Source: a virus. From it: a stretch of 64,000 nucleotides of DNA. The stretch lies in the IMG/VR virus record IMGVR_UViG_3300044991_001301; one strand, 5' to 3'. Both the position numbers and the translations under genes were made by a program. Each line of letters opens with the position of its first letter. Position 1 is the stretch's first letter. The notes under the pieces were generated by a model. It searched no databases. It saw only the letters and a list, made by a program, of their open reading frames with translations, and was not told the DNA's origin. This document shows, piece by piece, positions 59,928-64,000 of this stretch.

Positions 59928-60593
59928 ATGAAAATATTAATATTTTATACTCCTAGGAGTAAAAGCACAATGATACACGATTTGTGCTGTAAAAAATTCA
60001 ATTTACGCCCGTTTGGTGACACCATAACAAAAAACAGAATCAAAAATAAGAATTTTAATGAATATCCGCCGTTGATAGCAGTCATCAATGAAAGCGATAG
60101 TATGTGCGTTAAGCTTAATGGTAATGATTTTTTTGACTCCAATAGTAATGCTATAACTGAGTTGTATAAAACAATAAACTATCAATCGTTTGACACCATA
60201 ATTTTCTTAACTAGAATCAATTATATAGATGCCATACTAAGTTATGCGTATATGGATCCCGACGACAGTACCACTTGGCATAGAAAAAAGAATCAGAAGG
60301 TTGTCGCTGAACCGTATACTATATCGCATAGTAAGATACATCATTTATTAAATGGATATCTATCGTATAACAAAATTAAACAGTATATACTTTCTGCTGT
60401 TACTACTTCTACCCAAGTATATGATTATGAGTACGACAATGTGGCTAATTTAATACTTAAATTAGAATTGGGAAGTGACATTGATCTAGTGCCAATGGAC
60501 ATTGATTATAAAAGTGTAGTAACAAATTATGATGAGGTTATTACCGTTGTTAGCGAATTTGTAGCCCATCATAACTTATTTGACATCAATTAA
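59928..60593 (+). CDS. Sulfotransferase-like P-loop protein
   Basis: TPRSKST resembles the PAPS 5'-PSB loop; IIFLTR...DAILS resembles the 3'-PB motif; YE near the C-terminus. Confidence 0.55.
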   Translation: MKILIFYTPRSKSTMIHDLCCKKFNLRPFGDTITKNRIKNKNFNEYPPLIAVINESDSMCVKLNGNDFFDSNSNAITELYKTINYQSFDTIIFLTRINYIDAILSYAYMDPDDSTTWHRKKNQKVVAEPYTISHSKIHHLLNGYLSYNKIKQYILSAVTTSTQVYDYEYDNVANLILKLELGSDIDLVPMDIDYKSVVTNYDEVITVVSEFVAHHNLFDIN

Positions 60594-60627
60594 TACATAT
60601 TTTTAAACTAGGACTAAATAACTTACT

Positions 60628-60762
60628 ATGATGAATATCAATCGTAACTTGCGGAAACATATGGAACTCTGGCAATCAATAGCCGGCAACTCCTTTGCGC
60701 CAGCATATCCAACAAGCATTCGCGGAATAAATGAGTTACAAACTAGCCCGGGGATTAGGTAA
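60628..60762 (+). CDS. 44-aa putative leader peptide MMNINRNLRKHMELWQSIAGNSFAPAYPTSIRGINELQTSPGIR
   Basis: Translated by hand. ATG is 7 nt after TAAATA (60615-60620); the 3' end is complementary to the 5' arm of the downstream terminator. Confidence 0.6.
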   Translation: MMNINRNLRKHMELWQSIAGNSFAPAYPTSIRGINELQTSPGIR

Positions 60763-60790
60763 CAAGTTAGTATCATAAAGAACTTTATCT

Positions 60791-60825
60791 AACCCCCGAG
60801 AAACTTAACAGTCTCGGGGTTTTTT
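60791..60825 (+). terminator. Rho-independent terminator (candidate attenuator)
   Basis: ccccgaga (60794-60801) / tctcgggg (60812-60819) followed by TTTTTT. Confidence 0.85.
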
Positions 60826-60846
60826 GCTTTAAGAGAAAGAAATTAC

Positions 60847-60875
60847 TTGACAAGATTTGAGAAAAAGAGTAGAAT
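60847..60875 (+). promoter_or_regulatory. Sigma70-type promoter upstream of the tRNA array
   Basis: TTGACA-17 nt-TAGAAT. Confidence 0.75.
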
Positions 60876-61144
60876 ACACTCTTGAAATATTGTGATACAG
60901 CAATGTACTGGGAACGTAGCCCAGATAGCGCACTTGAAACTTGCTATAAAAAGGCGGACAAGATACATAAAATCTGTGGCGATAACACAGAGAGTAAGAC
61001 TCTTGAATAGGGTATAACCCTATTATAACGTGAGCAATCACGTTATTCTAAAGCATATTGTAAAAGTGTGCTTTAGAATACACTCTAGGTCAGACATTTG
61101 GCTGACTGGAAATCACCGCCCTAGAGTGTGTTTAAATGTTAAAT

Positions 61145-61236
61145 GGAAGCGTGGCCGAGTGGTTTATGGCTTTAGTCTTGAAAACTAACGACCCCTTTAA
61201 AGGGGTCCGTGGGTTCGAATCCCACTGCTTCCTCCA
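61145..61236 (+). tRNA. tRNA-Ser (anticodon TGA)
   Basis: Cloverleaf with long variable arm; ttagt-CT TGA AA-actaa; GTTCGAATC; encoded CCA. Confidence 0.93.
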
Positions 61237-61265
61237 GCTTTTGTCACAAATTTATTTTAGTATGT

Positions 61266-61338
61266 CGGGGTATCGCCTAGTGGCCTAAGGCAACGGTCTT
61301 TGAAATCGTCATCATTGGTTCGAATCCAATTACCCCTG
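61266..61338 (+). tRNA. tRNA-Gln (anticodon TTG)
   Basis: acggt-CT TTG AA-atcgt; GTTCGAATC; C1-U72 mismatch; no encoded CCA. Confidence 0.85.
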
Positions 61339-61349
61339 CCCTTGTCAAT

Positions 61350-61423
61350 GGTGTTGTTAGTGTAATGGATGCACAACTGTCTGTGAAACAGTTAGGGAGG
61401 GTTCGATTCCCCACTTCACCCCA
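61350..61423 (+). tRNA. tRNA-His (anticodon GTG)
   Basis: G-1 present; actgt-CT GTG AA-acagt; GTTCGATTC; CCA; two U-U mismatches in the acceptor stem. Confidence 0.85.
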
Positions 61424-61429
61424 AAATTT

Positions 61430-61505
61430 GCCGCTTTAGCTGATATGGTTATAGCAACGGTTTGAAGCATCGTGGAACTAGGTTCGATTCCTAGAGGCGG
61501 CACCA
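61430..61505 (+). tRNA. tRNA-Phe (anticodon GAA)
   Basis: gccgctt/aggcggc acceptor stem; acggt-TT GAA GC-atcgt; CCA. Confidence 0.85.
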
Positions 61506-61519
61506 AGAACATTATAAAT

Positions 61520-62029
61520 ATGCTTATGTTTCAAAAAATAAATATATCTTTTTTAGAATTAGATTTTGTTAAATTAAAAGGAGTAAATGCGTTTGATCTT
61601 CCGAGGTTCAAAGAATTTACTATTTTAGACACTGACTATTTGTTTGCCATATTAAATAAACAAATTCAGTTTGATGTAACACCTCGAGTAAACATAACAG
61701 AAATTACATACCCTGGTGCCGGCCCTCATACTGATACTTGGCAAACTGCTCTTAATTTTTATTTTGATGCCAATGAAGATGAAACATTTTTTTGGAAAGA
61801 ACTTAATGCAGCACCGGATTCAAAAAAAGGATTAGTATCCTACAATCAAAAAAATTTAGAAAAGACAGGTTCCTTTAAAGCAAATAAAGGAGATTGCTAT
61901 TTATTAGATGTTGGTAACTCAATTCATTCTGTAAAAATGTATACGCCAAACACAACTCGAAAAATATTAAGATTATTTTGGCATGAATTATCATTTGAAC
62001 AAGTATTACAAAGTTTGAAATTCGTGTAA
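61520..62029 (+). CDS. Putative 2OG-Fe(II)/cupin oxygenase inside the tRNA array (paralogue of 49612-50169)
   Basis: PHTD...ALNFY...TFFW...F.A..GDCYLLD...IHSV...RKILR. Start moved out of tRNA-Phe. Confidence 0.6.
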   Translation: MLMFQKINISFLELDFVKLKGVNAFDLPRFKEFTILDTDYLFAILNKQIQFDVTPRVNITEITYPGAGPHTDTWQTALNFYFDANEDETFFWKELNAAPDSKKGLVSYNQKNLEKTGSFKANKGDCYLLDVGNSIHSVKMYTPNTTRKILRLFWHELSFEQVLQSLKFV

Positions 62030-62148
62030 TATAAAAGAACGTGTCAATGTCCTCCGACTGTCGGAGGATGAAGTGCTGTGACAAGCATGGGTGTTCAATC
62101 AAAGACCGTGGCCGACAATGGGAACGGTTAATCTGCTTTGGCGATCAC

Positions 62149-62225
62149 GGGTCATTAACTCAACTGGATAGAGTGCAAGTCTTCGAAACTTGAAGTTAGG
62201 GGTTCAAATCCTCTATGGCCCACCA
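62149..62225 (+). tRNA. tRNA-Arg (anticodon TCG)
   Basis: caagt-CT TCG AA-acttg; GGTTCAAATCC; CCA. Confidence 0.9.
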
Positions 62226-62275
62226 ATATACTACTAAATAAACACAGCAACTATAGCAGAAAAAGGAGTTTTTAA

Positions 62276-62836
62276 ATGGCTGTCCTAGCACTAGATATCT
62301 CAGGAACCCCCAGACAATGGATAACAAATGATACCGCAATTTCATACCACGCCACCAAATCAGTAGGTTGGAGTATGGGAGAGATTGTGGCTAGATATCG
62401 GGGTGGACTTCAAAATGATGGTACATCAAGTTACCTAGAAACTTCGTGTATCATTGCTATCAAGGGTCACGGGTTCAACCCCCATAAACACGCCCAAGTA
62501 GCATTAAGTAATAAAACATTGTTTGGTAGGGATAGAAATCTTTGTGCATATTGTGGCAAGTATTTTGCCAACTTCCATGCTTTAAGCAGAGACCATATTA
62601 TTCCTAAAAGTAAGGGTGGAGACAATACTTGGATGAATGTAGTTACCTCTTGCCGCGATTGTAACAGTGAAAAAGGACATAAAAGTTTGAAGGAAGCAAG
62701 AATGGAATTGCTTTACCTACCATATGTACCTTCACATTTTGAAAATATGATTTTACAAAATCGTAATATTCTAGCCGATCAAATGGAATATTTGATTGCC
62801 GGCGTACCAAAACACAGTAGAATTTTGCTTTCCTAG
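62276..62836 (+). CDS. HNH endonuclease (McrA/HNH_5-like) in the tRNA array
   Basis: LFGRDRNLCAYCG, DHIIPKSKGG.NTW.NVVTSC..CN..KG; SD aaggag. Confidence 0.9.
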   Translation: MAVLALDISGTPRQWITNDTAISYHATKSVGWSMGEIVARYRGGLQNDGTSSYLETSCIIAIKGHGFNPHKHAQVALSNKTLFGRDRNLCAYCGKYFANFHALSRDHIIPKSKGGDNTWMNVVTSCRDCNSEKGHKSLKEARMELLYLPYVPSHFENMILQNRNILADQMEYLIAGVPKHSRILLS

Positions 62837-62846
62837 AACTGAACGG

Positions 62847-62875
62847 TTGACAGTAATTAAGTTGCCTGCTATAAT
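62847..62875 (+). promoter_or_regulatory. Consensus sigma70 promoter
   Basis: TTGACA-17 nt-TATAAT. Confidence 0.85.
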
Positions 62876-62896
62876 AGAGGCAAGTTAGAAATTTAG

Positions 62897-62971
62897 CTGG
62901 CGTTCGTATAATGGATAATACAAGGGATTTCTACTCCCTTTATGGCAGTTCGATTCTGTCACGCCGGACCA
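62897..62971 (+). tRNA. tRNA-Arg (anticodon TCT)
   Basis: ctggcgt/acgccgg acceptor stem; aggga-TT TCT AC-tccct; GTTCGATTC; CCA. Confidence 0.8.
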
Positions 62972-62994
62972 AAGTAATAAGCATCAAAAAAAGC

Positions 62995-63023
62995 TTGACA
63001 ATAAAAGACAAGCTTGCTATAAT
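62995..63023 (+). promoter_or_regulatory. Consensus sigma70 promoter
   Basis: TTGACA-17 nt-TATAAT. Confidence 0.85.
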
Positions 63024-63054
63024 GTGTTCTTACAGTCATTAACAAGGAGCAAGA

Positions 63055-63222
63055 ATGAATGTCTACACACATCGTGTGACGTATCTGAAGTTCAGCGAAA
63101 TTTTGGAGATGAATGTCGAAGTAACTTTTCGCACAACGACGGACATGGTTGCGCAGCATTATGCGGCCGCTAAGAAGTTGGCAGTGACAGACACTGTTGT
63201 GATTGAGCAGATTGAGGCTTGA
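63055..63222 (+). CDS. 55-aa early-type hypothetical protein (MNVYTHRVTYLKFSEIL...), below the ORF-track cutoff
   Basis: Own sigma70 promoter and SD aaggag; frame translated by hand. Confidence 0.7.
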   Translation: MNVYTHRVTYLKFSEILEMNVEVTFRTTTDMVAQHYAAAKKLAVTDTVVIEQIEA

Positions 63223-63247
63223 CAATAAATCAACACTCTGTTATAAT
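63219..63247 (+). promoter_or_regulatory. Consensus sigma70 promoter
   Basis: TTGACA-17 nt-TATAAT. Confidence 0.85.
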
Positions 63248-63307
63248 AGTTGTATAGTGAGAAAGCAAGTAGCTCTCACGCTCTTTAAAAATTTATGAAA
63301 ATATGAC

Positions 63308-63432
63308 TGTGAGGTCATATTGAAGCTCTAGTGTAAATGAGCACATCCCCCTAAGTACTAGTCTTGGAAAACACGGGGAAAGAACACGCGGCTCAAAAAG
63401 CAGATGCGAGTGAGTTTCAATATGATCTTACA
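63308..63432 (+). ncRNA. Long-stem structured RNA cassette (21-bp inverted repeat with G-U pairs)
   Basis: tgtgaggtcatattgaagctc / gagtttcaatatgatcttaca. Confidence 0.55.
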
Positions 63433-63436
63433 CAAC

Positions 63437-63512
63437 GGGACGTTAGCTCAGTTGGTAGAGCACCGGACTTTTAATCCGATTGTCGTGGGTTCGACCCCCG
63501 CACGTCCTACCA
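63437..63512 (+). tRNA. tRNA-Lys (anticodon TTT)
   Basis: TAGCTCAGTTGGTAGAGC D-arm; CT TTT AA loop; CCA. Confidence 0.93.
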
Positions 63513-63516
63513 ATAT

Positions 63517-63591
63517 GCTCGATTCGTCTATCGGTTAGGACGCCGGGTTTTCATCCCGGCAAGAGCGGTTCGACTCCGCTATCGAGTACCA
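63517..63591 (+). tRNA. tRNA-Glu (anticodon TTC)
   Basis: ccggg-TT TTC AT-cccgg; GGTTCGACTCC; CCA. Confidence 0.92.
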
Positions 63592-64000
63592 TATAGAAAT
63601 GCATTAGATCCCTTGTATGCTGCGACGGAATGGTCATCGGCATATATCCCTTTTGGTGTATTTCTATATGGTATGTGAGGGTGGTATGTAGGTTGGTAAC
63701 CATTCCAGCGAGGACCGGGATTCCCAAGCCAGCAACACTGGCTACCATATATAAACACATTCTACCCTACCTTTGCTGGAACGGCTGCACAAGGATAGGC
63801 GAAAAGACCCGTTTGAATGTGTTTATATATGGTAAGTATAATAGGGGTAGCAGCGAGTGCCGAAAGGATGCGCTGTTATTAAATAACTATGTGAAGTGCC
63901 CCTAACTATGGTTACTATATAAAAACACCTGCTGGTGTATGTCTGACTGCAACAGCGTTATGGACTCGCTATCCTAAAATCTAGTGGGTGTTTTTATATA
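63587..64000 (+). repeat. Three related long inverted-repeat cassettes with unrelated loops of about 50 nt
   Basis: Arms at 63587-63605/63655-63673, 63743-63762/63815-63834 (perfect 20 bp) and 63916-63930/63986-64000. Confidence 0.8.

Noticed and set aside
59922-59930. P450-sulfotransferase read-through fusion (TAG GGG ATG in frame)
   Set aside because: AGGGG doubles as the SD of the downstream gene, and the P450 is already full length.
46555-60593. Cluster as host chromosomal DNA (prophage boundary or chimera)
   Set aside because: It carries the same TAAATA motifs and tight packing as the phage genes, has phage-type genes on both sides, has a paralogue inside the phage tRNA array, and shows no integrase or att site. 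Read-level confirmation is still advisable.
60628-60762. RiPP (lasso-type) precursor for the PP-loop and radical SAM enzymes
   Set aside because: No B1/B2 leader-binding or peptidase genes and no clear lasso leader motif; the antiterminator pairing explains the ORF better. Not fully excluded.
62897-62971. Amber suppressor tRNA (CTA visible in the anticodon loop) and stop-codon recoding
   Set aside because: The 5-bp stem aggga/tccct gives a 7-nt loop TT-TCT-AC, so the anticodon is TCT (Arg). Conserved genes are intact in the standard code, and TAG ends genes normally.
63672-63745. Twister ribozyme (GAGGG and CCCAAGCC words present)
   Set aside because: I could not build P2/P4 or place the UAA cleavage-site motif in a consistent topology.
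63551-63905. ORF-track CDS calls 63551-63760, 63630-63905, 62959-63225 and 60829-61041
   Set aside because: They overlap tRNAs, promoters and structured-RNA cassettes and have no SD or protein-like motifs.
63587-64000. CRISPR array
   Set aside because: The repeats are inverted pairs with divergent sequence, not identical direct repeats at regular spacing, and no cas genes are present.

Overview
A 64-kb segment of a large T4-like myovirus genome, probably infecting a Proteobacterium; the IscU, AhpD and class Ia NrdAB homologues point to a betaproteobacterial-type host, which is inference. Gene order: (1) the 3' part of a tape-measure-like protein with lytic transglycosylase and M15 peptidase domains; (2) the head module (portal gp20, acidic core protein, protease gp21, scaffold gp22, major capsid gp23); (3) three HNH-type genes; (4) about 24 kb of modular Gly/Asn/Thr-rich tail-fibre or adhesin genes; (5) sulfotransferase, nrdA/nrdB/glutaredoxin, PAAR and baseplate-like genes, a SleB-like hydrolase, iscU and a Cys-less AhpD; (6) a 14-kb cluster resembling a secondary-metabolite pathway; (7) a tRNA and structured-RNA region with 8 tRNAs. 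Top candidate for an undescribed system: the phage-encoded ACP-based cluster at 46555-60593, with ACP, three membrane desaturases, three SGGxDS PP-loop ATPases, three GNAT-like proteins, TauD, SDR, a B12-type radical SAM enzyme, a P450 and a sulfotransferase-like protein. Second: a codon-diverse 44-codon leader peptide with a terminator/antiterminator switch upstream of the tRNA array (60628-60825), which looks like a translation-sensing attenuator. Also notable: a family of long-stem RNA cassettes in the tRNA region, and a structured uORF that duplicates the start of the prohead protease gene. All calls come from reading motifs by eye; no database searches were run.
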